Part shown: positions 1-12,988 of the stretch, piece by piece | Position numbering within the stretch: the stretch's first letter is position 1 | Layout: every line of letters starts with the position of its first letter | NCBI RefSeq assembly: GCF_006345805.1 | Contig: NC_043008.1 | Coordinates: forward strand, 65,534,001 to 65,598,000 | Source: Octopus sinensis | Taxonomy: Eukaryota | DNA length: 64,000 nt | Direction: 5' to 3' | The notes under the pieces: model-generated | What the model saw: the letters and a program-made list of their open reading frames with translations, nothing else | Told to the model about the DNA's origin: nothing | Database searches by the model: none | Made by a program: the position numbers and the translations under genes

Positions 1-66
1 GGGTCTTGTCCCTAGCGTAGAAAACAATACACACACACACACGCACACATAATGTATATATATATA

Positions 67-255
67 GGGAAAGTTTACGAAAAAAACAAAAGACGAATAC
101 AGGTGGTGTACAAAACAAACAGATGTATTAGTATAACGCTCAGGAATATAAAAAGTATTTTACGTTTCGAGCCTACGCTCTTCTACAGAAAGGGACACAG
201 AAAAAACAAGAAGAGAAACAAGGAGAGAAAAAATGTGTGTAGTGGCTAACGATCA
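67..255 (-). mobile_element. Short non-coding PLE-pLTR-like element in (TA)n carrying a variant hammerhead motif
   Basis: Flanked by TA/CA tracts; minus strand 188-161 reads CTGTAGA-A-GAGC gtag GCTC-GAAA-CGTA. Confidence 0.55.
158..191 (-). ncRNA. Minimal type I hammerhead-like motif, A6U variant
   Basis: TTT CTGTAGA AGAGC gtag GCTC GAAA CGTA^AAA; stem II perfect, core deviates at position 6. Confidence 0.5.
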
Positions 256-271
256 AATTATATATATATAT

Positions 272-312
<41 letters not shown>

Positions 313-338
313 TGTGTGTGTGTGTGTGTGTGTGTATG

Positions 339-372
<34 letters not shown>

Positions 373-1236
373 TGTATGTATATACTGATTATACATTTGG
401 ATAAGGTTTCAGAAATGCGTTTATGTAAAAACTGAAATTTAAAAATGCAACATAACATTCAACAAATAAAACAGAGTCGTGCACATTGATTTTCGGGCAA
501 ATACCCAGTAAGGCACATAAAAGCAGGAAGATAAAACGTGCCAAGTTTATAATACGTTGTTACAAATTAATGATATATAGGTGTGTGTTGGTTTGAAATT
601 AATAAGATGCGTTCCTAAGTGCAAGTTGTTAAGTTGTTATGGAAAGCAATTTGCTACATGTGAAAGAGTAATATTGGGGAATAAAAAGGCCTTTCGCTTC
701 CATGAGAATATTAAAATTTCAGTAAAGTTAAGAACGAAAGCACGCGATGAAATCTGGAAAAGGTTTTGAACTGAAAATCATAGATAAAGAAAGTGACTTT
801 ATTGGAAGTTACGTAAAATTACAGAAGAAAATTATATGATTTGAACTTTGAAAAACAGCCAATGAAATGCGTTTTGGGGGAATTAATGGGTACATGTGAA
901 CTGGGATTTGGGTGTTCATGCAGCGAATAAAATATTAGGCATATTAGGATGTCCAAAAGAATGTAATCATTACGTGGAGGTCGGTCTTCTGCTAAGAGAT
1001 ATTCACCAGGATATTTAATGGATTAAAAATTGAAAAATCTAATATGGTATAAAATGCATCGCAATATAAAAAAAAGAAAGCTTGTTCTGACATCGTTTAC
1101 ATTGTATTTCGAAATAAGTTGGCATTATGCATGTTTAACAAAGATGCATTCGCGACCTTTGTTAATATGTTTGTGTGTGTTGTGTGTAATTCAACATACG
1201 ATTTCACAATCGTATTTGCAAAACAAGTATATAAAC

Positions 1237-1237
<1 letters not shown>

Positions 1238-1295
<58 letters not shown>

Positions 1296-1343
1296 ATATA
1301 TACATACATACATACATACATACATACATACATACATACATAC

Positions 1344-1442
<99 letters not shown>

Positions 1443-1444
1443 TA
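1238..1444. repeat. Compound microsatellite (TA)n(TACA)n(TAGA)n
   Basis: Direct inspection. Confidence 0.95.
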
Positions 1445-1558
1445 TTCAAATGAATATGGTACTTAAGCTAGATGCACCAGAATTTTGTATGGTGTTATCC
1501 ATATAAATCCATAGGGTGATTATAATCAAAATAAGCAACAAAAATATCTTCGGTAATT

Positions 1559-1642
1559 TGGTACGATCGTTTCATGCTACATCATTTTATTAAACATTGT
1601 AAATATTACAACAGTTTTAAAATGTTGAGCAATCATCAGCCA
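1559..1642 (-). ncRNA. Minimal type I hammerhead ribozyme
   Basis: TGG CTGATGA TTGCT...AGCAT GAAA CGATCG TA^ CCA: intact core, stem I TGG/CCA, palindromic stem III ACGATCGT, long AT-rich stem II extension. Confidence 0.75.
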
Positions 1643-2218
1643 GTTATAGATATATATTTATAGGATATATATATATATAATATATATATATATATATACA
1701 TAGGTGCATACACACATGCACACACATCTATATATTTATCACAACAATCGCTTCCTGCTGCATTGCTCCCTTGTTGGTGTGGGCCGATGTACGCACAATG
1801 CAGGGAACCTCATTAGGTAACCTAACATGTAAATATTATAACTTTTAAAGAATTTTACGCCACCTAACGTGGCGCCTTGCACTGAGCATTGCATCTGATG
1901 TCATTATATCGTCCCACACCCACAAGGGAGTAGTATGAAAGGATGCCGAAACGATTATTGCGCTAATTAAATCTTGTAGTTACAGAGTGTCTTTCGTGTC
2001 AATCATTTAAAATATACCCAAATTGCACCCAAGAATTGCTAACTCACATCCAACGACAAACGCGCAGTAAGGAGGATGACGCATGGCAACTGTAAGTGGT
2101 GAACTTGCTCTTGTAGGTACACTTTGTGGGACGTACCTGAAACAAAGATTGGATACTGCATTTAGTGTCTCCTTACTAAACCTTAATTTTTAATTTCTAA
2201 TTTAACTTTATATATATA

Positions 2219-2385
2219 CAGCGTGTCCCCCAAAAAGGCATACACACTTTAGCAGCTGATAACTCAATTGACAAAACAATAAAATAAAGTCTGTAGATTC
2301 TATTAAATTTTGAAGTTGAAATCTATTTTAATAAACACCTACTTTACAATTATTTAAAGTGTGTATACATTGGCGGGGGGACAGC

Positions 2386-2388
<3 letters not shown>
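2219..2388. mobile_element. Tc1/mariner-type MITE
   Basis: Imperfect ~33 bp TIRs (CAGCGTGTCCCCC...ATACACACTTTA / TAAAGTGTGTATAC...GGGGGGACAGCCTG) flanked by TA. Confidence 0.75.
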
Positions 2389-2667
<279 letters not shown>

Positions 2668-4999
2668 ATCAATTAGAAAAAAACAGCTGTATGTAATCAC
2701 AATATTTTCTGCCGATATAGTTTTCGAATTTAGATGAACGCATAAAAACTGCGTGCAAAATCAAAATCTTTGGATCAATGGTTGTTGTCGCTCTTTCTAT
2801 CTCATCTCTTCTTCACAAGATTACATCAGATACTTCGAAATATCCATGAACTGGGAAAGTCGAATTACTTGCCATGAACAAATGTAGTGCCCGCAAGTTA
2901 TTTCACCAGACTTTAATACAAGTGGCAATCTCACACTCCTTCAGCGACAGTATTGATAGCAAGAATTTCTTTCTGCTTCAGACACATCTTCTTAATATCC
3001 AAGACATTTTTTATTTTCAGCATTTGACAACACTGTTGTTGTAAAGCCAACGGTGGTGTCTATATATCGGTGCTTGAACCGATAGAAAAAAAGTAACACA
3101 AATCGAGGTTTGATCAAGGCTTATCTGGGGCTAAAGAATAAACAATAAAAGCAAAAACAACCACAACTATTATTGTTGTCTAAGAATTTCACAAAGGAAT
3201 TTTATTTCAATCTTCTTTATTGCAGGAATTTTAAGAATAGAAGTACGAATGCATTCATATAATGACATTCTTTAAGCTTCAGTCTATTATGATGATATAA
3301 TATAAAAGGAAAATGGTGGTGAATTTTGAGACAATAAGAGAGGAAAAAATCTATCGGCAGCTCATCATCCATTTATACTTTTAAGGAGTTTTATCCGTAA
3401 ACCTAGAAGGTAGAAGATACTTCAGCAAAGAGGATGGTGATATTTAAGCTAAAATATAATGAAACTAAGTGTGAAGTGAGAAGCCCTTCCCTATTTTTGC
3501 ACAAGGAAAACTAAAATATAATAAAATAAAGAATACAGAAAATAAAAGCAATGTATTCAAATACTTAAAAAAAATAAATCAGTGAATAGAATCCCATTAA
3601 ATTACAGTTGTTAATATTTAAATTAGAGTTTTGTCCAATTGCTTTCTGTAATTGTTTTTGACTCGCAATTTTCATTTCGTTTCTCATTCATTTAAAATTA
3701 TAAAATCTCATCATCTCCCTTTTCAGCTGCCGGTAAAAATGTTTGAATAATAGAAACAAAAATATTGTTTTTATTTTATATCCTGATATTGGCATTTTGT
3801 TTCTTTCAAAAATTATACTATGGAAATAGCAGTATAACGCTTTTGTCGGCTGAAGGATCGTCTACCTTCGAGTTCTGCTGTTGGCAATAATAGTCAAAGT
3901 TTGTTTATTTTGGTCACAGAATGAATATTTTCATTAATAATCCTTTCTGGCAAGAAATAAATATAAAAATGTATATAATGATAATCATTACGATAAAATT
4001 ATTGATAATTTAATTTCTTCTGTTGATTCAAATATGTTTTATTTGTGATATTTTGCCGTCAACTTATTTATTATGTCATTAAAAGAGTAACTTTTGAATA
4101 TTTTCAATAAAGAAAGTATATGCATACTTTAAAATTATAGATGTGTTATCATACACGCACAGTCACAGATTCAAACACAGAGATATGACATACATGCACA
4201 TAATTATTGCTTGCTTGAATTTGCTTTATTCTTACCATTGCTATCATTTCCTTGTCAGCCTCGATCGAACATGTCCACGACAACATTATTCTGGTATTAT
4301 ATTATCAATACGGTACTCAGTAATCTAAAAGAAATTTGGCTCCTGTTTGTAACAAATGGTAGAACAGCTAGGTTGCTTCCATTTTATTTCTATATGATAA
4401 TGAACATCATTTAGGAACACACATATGTATAGTTTTCACCAAAATTGTCTGGTCCATCCTCAATATCTTTACACCCCGTTTTCAACATCCACTAAGCCTC
4501 AACAAAAAGTTATATTGTCTTAACTTATTTTGCTTTATTCTCATTAGTATTTACAATTACAGTGACGTGGAAAGCAATACAGAGACTTAGTATGAAAGAG
4601 ACTAAGTGCTTGTTATCTGCAATATTTTATGAATGTTACGTTCCATTTTTGTGTTTAGGCACAGGTCATTCCTAGTTGAGCAGGTCTAAGATTTAAAATG
4701 TTTCACCCACGGCAACAATTTCTTTTCTCTGCGAACTTATAATGGCAAGGAAATCATTTATATATGTACATATATGTGCTATCTTATACCAGCAGGGAAT
4801 TAATTCGACTTTCCCAGTTCGATGTGTTCCGTATTTTGCAAGTTGAGATATTTTGCATGTAGACAAGGAGAGAATGTTTCTTCCCTTGTGTATATTTGCT
4901 GAGAATGACAATATTTTTAGCCTCGTTATGATATTGCTCCGTCTACTATGAGCGTTTATATTAACAGCAATGCTGCAGCTTTGTGAGTTTGTTGTCCTT

Positions 5000-5480
5000 T
5001 TCACGCCATGTAAATTTGGAAAAAGAAATTGTTTTAGATTTACTTCTATTTTTGAATGAATTTGTATGTTTTGGGAATATTTCCTTGGGGAGGTGTTCTA
5101 TGTAAACAAAATATAGGTTTGTATCTTATCGTTTACATCGGGATGTTGTAGACTCTGTATACCAGTACTTTTTCTAGTTATTTGCAATTCGAGAGATCTG
5201 AAGTTGCATGATAGTGGAAGGAAACCTTTCTGAGAGGGTAATTTTGTTCTGGTTAATAACTTGCTGACCTACATTACTTTGGCAGCTGTAAAGTATTTCG
5301 ACAGTATTATTGTTGGACATTTTAGATCTATGTGCTCATGGGAAGCTGGTTTCGACAAAGAGAGGTTTTTGTTGCATTTATACTAAATTGTAGATTCAGC
5401 CACAATTTCTCACTAAGAACTTTTCACTGGTTGTGGTGGGTTCAGTAATGATGATATTTTCTGGTCATTGGAGCATCTGT
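5000..5480 (+). pseudogene. Highly decayed Penelope-like reverse transcriptase fragment
   Basis: Frameshifted motifs DVV-LYT (5142), IY.LMGS (5338), WW..DDIF (5450); first spacing ~195 nt matches that of the PLE at 52102-52295. Confidence 0.5.
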
Positions 5481-5852
5481 TGTTCCTTGAAGTATTAAGA
5501 ATGTATTAATACGAAAATCTGTGGTATCGGAGTATCAACTTTTATTAAAAGCATTTACATACGCACTTATACTCTTTTGAGTAATCTTCTTCCAGTTCAT
5601 CATTTGGATGTATATATCTATGTAGAGAATGCCTGTTGTGTCAACATGAAATTCGGTTTCATTTCCAACGATAGCCTTCGACATTTTCAATTATATATGG
5701 TGTTTCTACCCCATATTTACATGATGTTATATCTAACCACTTACGCGCTTCGAGATGTCTTTGCCAAAAGGAATTCATATATATATACGTGTGTGCGTGT
5801 ATGAGTGTGTGTGAGTGTATGTGTCTAAACACGCGCATATACAAACACACAC

Positions 5853-5922
<70 letters not shown>

Positions 5923-6044
5923 GATATATATATATATATATGCACACACATACACACATACACGCACAGAAATATACATTGTGATAGATAAATAAACAGA
6001 AGAGAGAAAATATTTATGTATATATGTACCTCTCTTAGGTACAT

Positions 6045-6084
6045 TTCATTGACAAGAGCCCCCCAGTAGCTTGAAACGTCGATG
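6045..6084 (+). ncRNA. Degenerate hammerhead-like motif (U3-A8 core)
   Basis: TTGACAA GAGC cccccagta GCTT GAAA CGTC^; stem I poor. Confidence 0.4.
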
Positions 6085-6638
6085 TTTGGGATTTCTAATA
6101 GATGGCGAAATTGAAAAAACCGGGTGTTTTGACACCTTTCTAACATGGGAGAGATATATTTTCTACGGTGACTGCAGTGTATTTGCCTTTTAAGAGTTGA
6201 AATATGCCACAAACGTATTTCAACTAACCAAAATTTTCCTTCTACCTAAACACTACTTAGCGCTAACACATTCATATATATATATATATATGGTCGCGAT
6301 ATATGGATTCAAGCAATTCGGCAGTAATGTAAAATGTTCCTTATTTTGTCATAATATAAACTATAGAGAGTATATAGTAATATACATGAGAAAAGAATAA
6401 GGAGAATATAAAGATATAAACGATGGAGAAATATTATGATGGACTTTATTCAACATTAAAATGATATATATGCCTGTTCGTATATATACATATATTGATA
6501 CATGCATGCATAAATAGATACATACACATATACATACATACATACATGCATACACGCATGCACCCAGAGGCACATACACACTCATATCTGTATATACATG
6601 TATATAGTGTTTTACTACACGAATGTATACATGCATTT

Positions 6639-6670
<32 letters not shown>

Positions 6671-6964
6671 CAATAATATACTTGAAGAACAAACATTGAA
6701 TTCAGGTTAACGAACTTTATACATCCACGCTTCTACACTTCATTACATATCAATGATACCATTGCTTTCAAAAAAACACTAGGTAAAAATGATATACATA
6801 AACATATTTAAAAGAAAACAGGCACTATCTAGTTAAGTAGAACTAAGAACTCTCGTTCTAGGGAAAATGTCATACGGTTTTATCTCTCCCGCACCATGTA
6901 TGTATATATATTACATATATGTATATATATATGTAGTATATATATGTATGTAAATGTATGTATC

Positions 6965-7045
<81 letters not shown>

Positions 7046-7050
<5 letters not shown>

Positions 7051-7297
7051 GTGAAATAGAAAGATGAATAATATTGTAGTAGATTAATCAAAAGTTAACC
7101 GATACTTAGTAGCAAAAATCACAGCAGGAACAGCACGGTTGGAGGTACAACCATCTTTGCAACCGTGCGTTGGTGCGGATATTAAAATTAAAACATTATT
7201 GTGAATGAAGAAATGGAGCTGAACGCAGATAAATCTTTTATAAAACGATTTCTGTTCAATCTGCGTCAGCTCCATTCTTCATTCACCAATAATGTTT
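7046..7297. mobile_element. Short foldback element in (TA)n, related to 8203-8935
   Basis: 7046-7190 nearly identical to 8203-8355; 7191-7230 is inverted at 7259-7297. Confidence 0.7.
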
Positions 7298-7589
7298 TAT
7301 ATATATATATGTATATATATGTATATATATATATATATATGTATATATATGTATATATATATCTAGGTGTAATATATGTATATATATATATATGTATATA
7401 TAGTATATATGTATATACATGTATGTAGATATATATCTGTGTGCATATATTATGTATGTATCACATAGTATATATACATATATACGTATGTACGTATGTA
7501 TATATGTATGTATGTATGTAAGTAAGTATGTATGTATGTATGCATGTATGCATGTATGTACGTATGTATGTATGTATATATGTATGTAT

Positions 7590-8100
7590 GTACCAAATCA
7601 GCCAATTCTGCTGAACAGAAGCCATTATATTTGTGAAAGAAAAGACGGAGTTAGTACACCTGTGGGTGAGATGCTGAGGATATCATTCAACGATTTAATG
7701 CCAGTCAGTTGAGTGGCCTTGCTCTGGTGACCGTCTTGGATATATATTGTGCATAGTAGCAGCACTGTCCTAGACATGGGGCAATATTCTAATGTGAACT
7801 TCACTTGATTTTTGTAGAACATCAGTAGTTGTTGGTGGCTGAAATATTTTTTAGCCACAAAGAGAAGGGCTAGTCTTTATTGTGCTGTCTAAGGTATGTT
7901 AAGGAAATAGATTAGCCTTGTGAAATCCCCAGTAATACCCAGGACTAGCATTTGAAATAATTGTAAGGGCTCTAGTTGAGGTTCATTCAGATTTGGAAGG
8001 GATGTGGTTCATTAATATTTTAGTGTTTTCCTCATACGAATAACACTTAAGGGTTCTTTAATGTCCTTAAGAGACGAGATTGACATGGTTTGTTGGAAGT
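7590..8100 (-). pseudogene. LINE RT C-terminal fragment (Jockey/CR1-group)
   Basis: KKYFSHQQLLMFYKNQVKFTLEYC and YNGFCSAELADL motifs. Confidence 0.65.
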
Positions 8101-8149
8101 TTTCTTTCATATGTATCTATGTATATATACGTTCATATGTACATATATA

Positions 8150-8207
<58 letters not shown>

Positions 8208-8369
8208 GTGAAATAGAAAGATGAATAATCTTGTAGCAGATTAATCAAAAGTTTAACCGATACCTTGGTAGCAAAAATCACAGCAGAAGACAGCACGGTT
8301 GGAGGTACAACCATATGGTGTTGCAACCGTGCGTTGGTGCGGATAATTGAATTTTAATCAATTCACCAG

Positions 8370-8407
<38 letters not shown>

Positions 8408-8606
8408 TTGAGTAGTTGAACGAATTATCTTATTATGGATAATTCGGTTAACCGATACCTGGGTAGCAAATTCACGTCAGAAAAACACGGTTGAAGCTAC
8501 ATGCCTAGGGCAGAGGTCACGTGCTATCGTGTGGAAATTAGTGTGTTTTTTAAATACAAATAAATGAAAGAATGGAGTTGAACGACGAATTAACAAAATT
8601 ACTTTA

Positions 8607-8689
8607 TTTTCGACATATGTTTCGAAGACTGCATATTCCTAATTTCGAAGGAATAAGGGGTGCATTATGCCGCCTTCTCATCAGGAAAA
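8607..8689 (-). ncRNA. Type I hammerhead ribozyme (left arm)
   Basis: TTTTC CTGATGA GAAGGC...GTCTTC GAAA CATATG TC^ GAAAA (one G-U in stem II). Confidence 0.85.
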
Positions 8690-8794
8690 GTCAGGAACTT
8701 ATGTCAGCATCAAGATGCACAAAAACTATGGGCCCCGTGCGGGCAGTCATCTAAAAATTTTTTGTGCATCTTGATGCTGACATAAGTTCCTTAC

Positions 8795-8877
8795 TTTTCC
8801 TGATGAGAAGGCGGCATAATGCACCCCTTATTCCTTCGAAATTAGGAATATGCAGCCTTCGAAACATATGTCGAAAA
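8795..8877 (+). ncRNA. Type I hammerhead ribozyme (right arm)
   Basis: TTTTC CTGATGA GAAGGC...GCCTTC GAAA CATATG TC^ GAAAA; predicted cleavage after 8872. Confidence 0.88.
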
Positions 8878-8930
8878 TAAAATAAAGGAATTTTGTTAAT
8901 TCGTCGTTCAACTCCATTCTTTCATTTATT

Positions 8931-8990
<60 letters not shown>

Positions 8991-9052
8991 TGACTATATG
9001 TATATATATGTATGCATATATGTATATACATATATATATATACGTATATATA

Positions 9053-9352
9053 TCACCGTGATCACCGTGACCGACCAGGCAATCAAGTGTTGTTACACGT
9101 CGCTGGTCACAATGCGCTTCGCATTGTTTTAGCCTTCAAATGACGCCATCCCGCTGGCTAAGCGAGCAGGCCAACAGAAGAAAGAGTTACAGAAAGTTGT
9201 GGCGAAAGAGTACAGCAGGGATCGCCACCACCCCTGCCGGAGCCTCGTGGAGCTTTAGGTGTTTTCGCTCAATAAACGCCCGGTCTTGGAATCGAAACCG
9301 TGATCCTACGACCGCGAGTCCACTGCCCTAACCACTAGGCCATTGCGCCTCC
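9053..9352 (-). mobile_element. tRNA-derived SINE (family A)
   Basis: Head GGAGGCGCAATGGCCTAGTGG (A box) ...GGTTTCGATTCC (B box); homolog at 45896-46153. Confidence 0.85.
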
Positions 9353-9457
9353 ACACGTATATATATATACACATATATATATGTATATATACGTATGTAT
9401 ATATATATATATGTATGCATATGTATATGTATGTAGATGTATATGTATGTATATATT

Positions 9458-9850
9458 CTTTTATTATTTTACTTGCTTAATTTACTTGATTGCAGCCTTG
9501 GTGGAGCACCACCTCGGGGGTTTTAGGCGAACAAATCTATCTCAAGACTTTTTAAGCTTAGCACTTATTCTATCAGTCTCTTTTAATTAAACCGCTCTGT
9601 TACAGGGACGTAAATATGCCAACAACGTTTGTAAAACGGTTTTGGGGAAGTAAGCAGATTCAAAGTCACATATATATATATATACGACGGGCTTCTTTCA
9701 GTTTCCGTCTACCAAACCCACTCACGATTCTTTCGTCGACCTGCGGTTATAGTTGAATATATTTGCCCAATGTGTCACGCTGTGAGACTGAACCATGAAC
9801 AATGCGGTTGAGAAGCAATCTTCCTAACACATAGTTACGACTGCGCTTAT
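9458..9850 (-). mobile_element. tRNA-derived SINE (family B), diverged
   Basis: Homologous to 14567-14967. Confidence 0.8.
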
Positions 9851-9857
9851 ATAGGTG

Positions 9858-10058
9858 ATAGTAGCGAAAAAGGCAAACAATTAGGCAAGGCATGACAACG
9901 ACATTGAATTTCATTTAATTCAATCTAAATTTAGGTACGTAGCGAATGGTGAAAAATAGTACTATATTATAAAGAATAGTAGCTAAATTTAGTTTGAATT
10001 AAATGAAATTAAAAGTTCTTGTCACGCCGTGTCTAATCATTCGATTTTCCTCACTACT
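9858..10058. repeat. Imperfect inverted repeat / MITE-like foldback
   Basis: AATTTCATTTAATTCAATCTAAATTTAG vs CTAAATTTAGTTTGAATTAAATGAAATT plus pairing flanks. Confidence 0.65.
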
Positions 10059-10227
10059 TCAATCCACGCCTACTGACTACAAAGAAGCCTCCTTAAGCCG
10101 TTTTGAATAAGACAATCAAATAATCACATCTTCAACTGCTGTTCAAACTGGAAATTTTGTGGCACACCTATTTGAGTACACAGACACGTACGAGTTTCAG
10201 TCATCCTGAATTAAAACTTCTCATATC

Positions 10228-10229
<2 letters not shown>

Positions 10230-10280
<51 letters not shown>

Positions 10281-10316
10281 TATTATATATATATATATAT
10301 ATTATATATATATATA

Positions 10317-10378
<62 letters not shown>

Positions 10379-10412
10379 CTATATATATTATATTATATAT
10401 ATATTATATATA

Positions 10413-10510
<98 letters not shown>

Positions 10511-10522
10511 ATATATATATAT
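10230..10522. repeat. Long interrupted (TA)n tract
   Basis: Direct inspection. Confidence 0.95.
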
Positions 10523-10647
10523 AATAAATACAGAATAGTGTATATTTAATACGCGTTAGAAAGAACAGCTAAGTTCTATAACCACCAAAAATTGGGGATA
10601 AAATTCGACAGGAATAAATTTGGAAATTAAAAACATTTACCTCTAGA

Positions 10648-10724
10648 TTCCTGGACCATTTGGTTTCTAATCTTGTTTTAGTGAGTCATAGAGATCTCAC
10701 AAGATCTGATTTCGTCAACAGGAA
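10648..10724 (-). ncRNA. Type I hammerhead motif (C3U)
   Basis: TTCCTG TTGACGA AATC...GATT A GAAA CCAAATGG TC^ CAGGAA: 6 bp stem I, stem III ACCA/TGGT. Confidence 0.7.
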
Positions 10725-11077
10725 CCAACCTATCTACACGAGACAAAAACAGGTTATCTGTCCCATGTACATACGATCTAACTTTTCAAATTTTCTGCGC
10801 AGTCGTAGACCATTCTTTGATCGTGGGGCCCAGTTAAAATTTTCTTCTGGTCGATTAACCCATCCTGCTCAAAAGGTCCCTGAATAAGTGTTGTTTAAGG
10901 ATGATGAAAGAAACCCTCATGTTTCCAGAAGTGAATTATTCAAATCACAAAGAATCTCTCCCAACTCATGGGTATGATGCTCCACCACTACTTCTGCTCA
11001 TGATCAGAGATGCACATATCGTGAGCTACTAAGGGACATGCTCAACTGGTTAAGGTCAAATAACTGACAGACATTAC

Positions 11078-12040
11078 TAATTATATCAAGACACAACCCC
11101 AGAAACAGTGAGGCATTCAACACTATTGTGCAAACTCTTAATTTACTAACTAGAGATCCAAAAATGAACGACATCCTGAAAACACACACTCATCAAATGC
11201 CAAAAAGAAGACAAATCGCTAAAGAGACTACTAACAAATGCGAAGCTTTACAAAACAACCACGAAACCAATGGTTGAAAAATGTGGATGCCCAACCTGCT
11301 TGAAGGCTCGGATTTCCTTTTCAAACAAGGACAGAGATTCACAATTAAAACTAGTTTCACTTGTGCCTCTGAGAACCTAATTTATGTAATAACCTGATCG
11401 GGTTGCGGACCCCACTATATTGGACAAACGAATATGACCTTGAGAAAGAGAACTACTCTACATAAAGAGCATACCCGTTTCCCGCAACACAGAAAATTCC
11501 TCTCAGTGAACATATAGAAAAATGTGCAGGTAACATCAAACCAAATTCCACAGTCTTCCCTTTCTACCAGTGCAAAGACGCAATCTTTCAACTAGAACGT
11601 TTAAATAAAGAAACTTTTTTCATTGAAAAATACAAAACACGTCTTAATATGCACGCATAACCAACTTTTATTTTTTCACATATTTCAATTCACGATTACA
11701 TCTCAGTACACAAATCCCCTTACTAAACATGGTTTTTGAAACTTGTCTCTGTCTGTACACATATATATCCCCCACCCGTTACTGAAACCTGAACAATTAT
11801 CTCCCTTCCCCAAAACAATAACAATAATAACGACAACCAATTACCTCCCTTTATTTATCTACTTGTGAAGTCATTCCTCGTGAATTTCGTCACACACAAC
11901 ATGGACAAAATTTCTTCTTAAGAAAAAATATATATTCAAATAAGTAAAACATAATATCATGAATAGCGATAACGAAACCGGTCGATACATTAAAAAGTAT
12001 ATTAAAACTATGTAAATCTAACTTAATAGCAACAGTTTGC
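11078..12040 (+). mobile_element. Penelope-like element 3' fragment (GIY-YIG endonuclease + 3' UTR)
   Basis: FTCASENLIYVIT*SGC...YIGQT; homologous to 52880-53470; decayed HHR remnant TATC ATGAATA..GAAA CCGGTC^GATA at 11955-11987. Confidence 0.85.
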
Positions 12041-12089
12041 AGTATAGGTTAAGTCAAGTTTATGTGAATTTCTGTGTCTGCGCTTAAAT

Positions 12090-12480
12090 TTTGTAGAGAG
12101 TATGGTACATGTCCCAACCTTTGATAATTTCTGCATCTAATTTTAAGTTCTCTTTGGCATGATGGCGGTATAATCTCCACATTGTGAAAATGATACAGCG
12201 CTCATGGAAGCCCTGGAGAGAATAAAGTTTCTGTGTTTTAAGGTGTTCTCCATAACGAAGATCAATCATCCATTTATTTTTATATTGATTGCCCTCTGGG
12301 ATGACTCAATGCCTGAAATGTTTCGCTTTGTGTAGGGAGACCCCCAATGACCAATATTATTCTTGATAAGGCCGCACAAAGGAGCAGAAAAGGGGAATAA
12401 TGATATTTTGCGCTCTGGAGAGGAAAGTCCTGAAGATCCAGGGGCCAAAGATCTGATCGAACGAGACATATCAATTCTAT
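12090..12480 (-). pseudogene. CR1-group LINE RT C-terminal fragment
   Basis: WGSPYTKRNISGIESSQR...ING / LRYGEHLK..KLYSLQ..ER resembles WSPY.K.DI..LE.VQRR...L.Y.ERL..L.L.SL..RR. Confidence 0.7.
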
Positions 12481-12631
12481 TGTTGATTTAAGCACTCCAG
12501 CCAAGATTGTAAACAATTTCGCTTAAGTTTCTGATATTATTAGATACTGTGAGTATTCCTGAAACAAACAAAAGAAATATGGTTGTTTGAGCGCACTAAT
12601 TTTTCAAAACTGCACTAGTTCAAATTTCCCA

Positions 12632-12632
<1 letters not shown>

Positions 12633-12687
<55 letters not shown>

Positions 12688-12736
12688 ATATATATATATT
12701 ATATATATATATTATATATATATATATATATATAAT

Positions 12737-12781
<45 letters not shown>

Positions 12782-12881
12782 ATATATATCTATATATATA
12801 TATCTATATATATATATATATCTATATATATATATATCTATATATATATATATCTATATATATATATACATACACATATAT

Positions 12882-12945
<64 letters not shown>

Positions 12946-12988
12946 ATACACATACTTATATATATGTATATAGTTGTGTGTGTGTATA
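12633..12988. repeat. (CTAT)n + long (TA)n tract
   Basis: Direct inspection. Confidence 0.95.

Larger units (their letters stand above)
8554..8935. mobile_element. Foldback element: ~172 bp near-perfect inverted arms, each with a hammerhead ribozyme
   Basis: Arms 8554-8725 and 8759-8935, 33 bp spacer, ends in (TA)n. Confidence 0.9.

Noticed and set aside
12490-12580. Strong minus-strand splice acceptor (TTTGTTTGTTTCAG)
   Set aside because: All frames stop within ~25 codons and downstream sequence is a LINE remnant; no exon can be supported.
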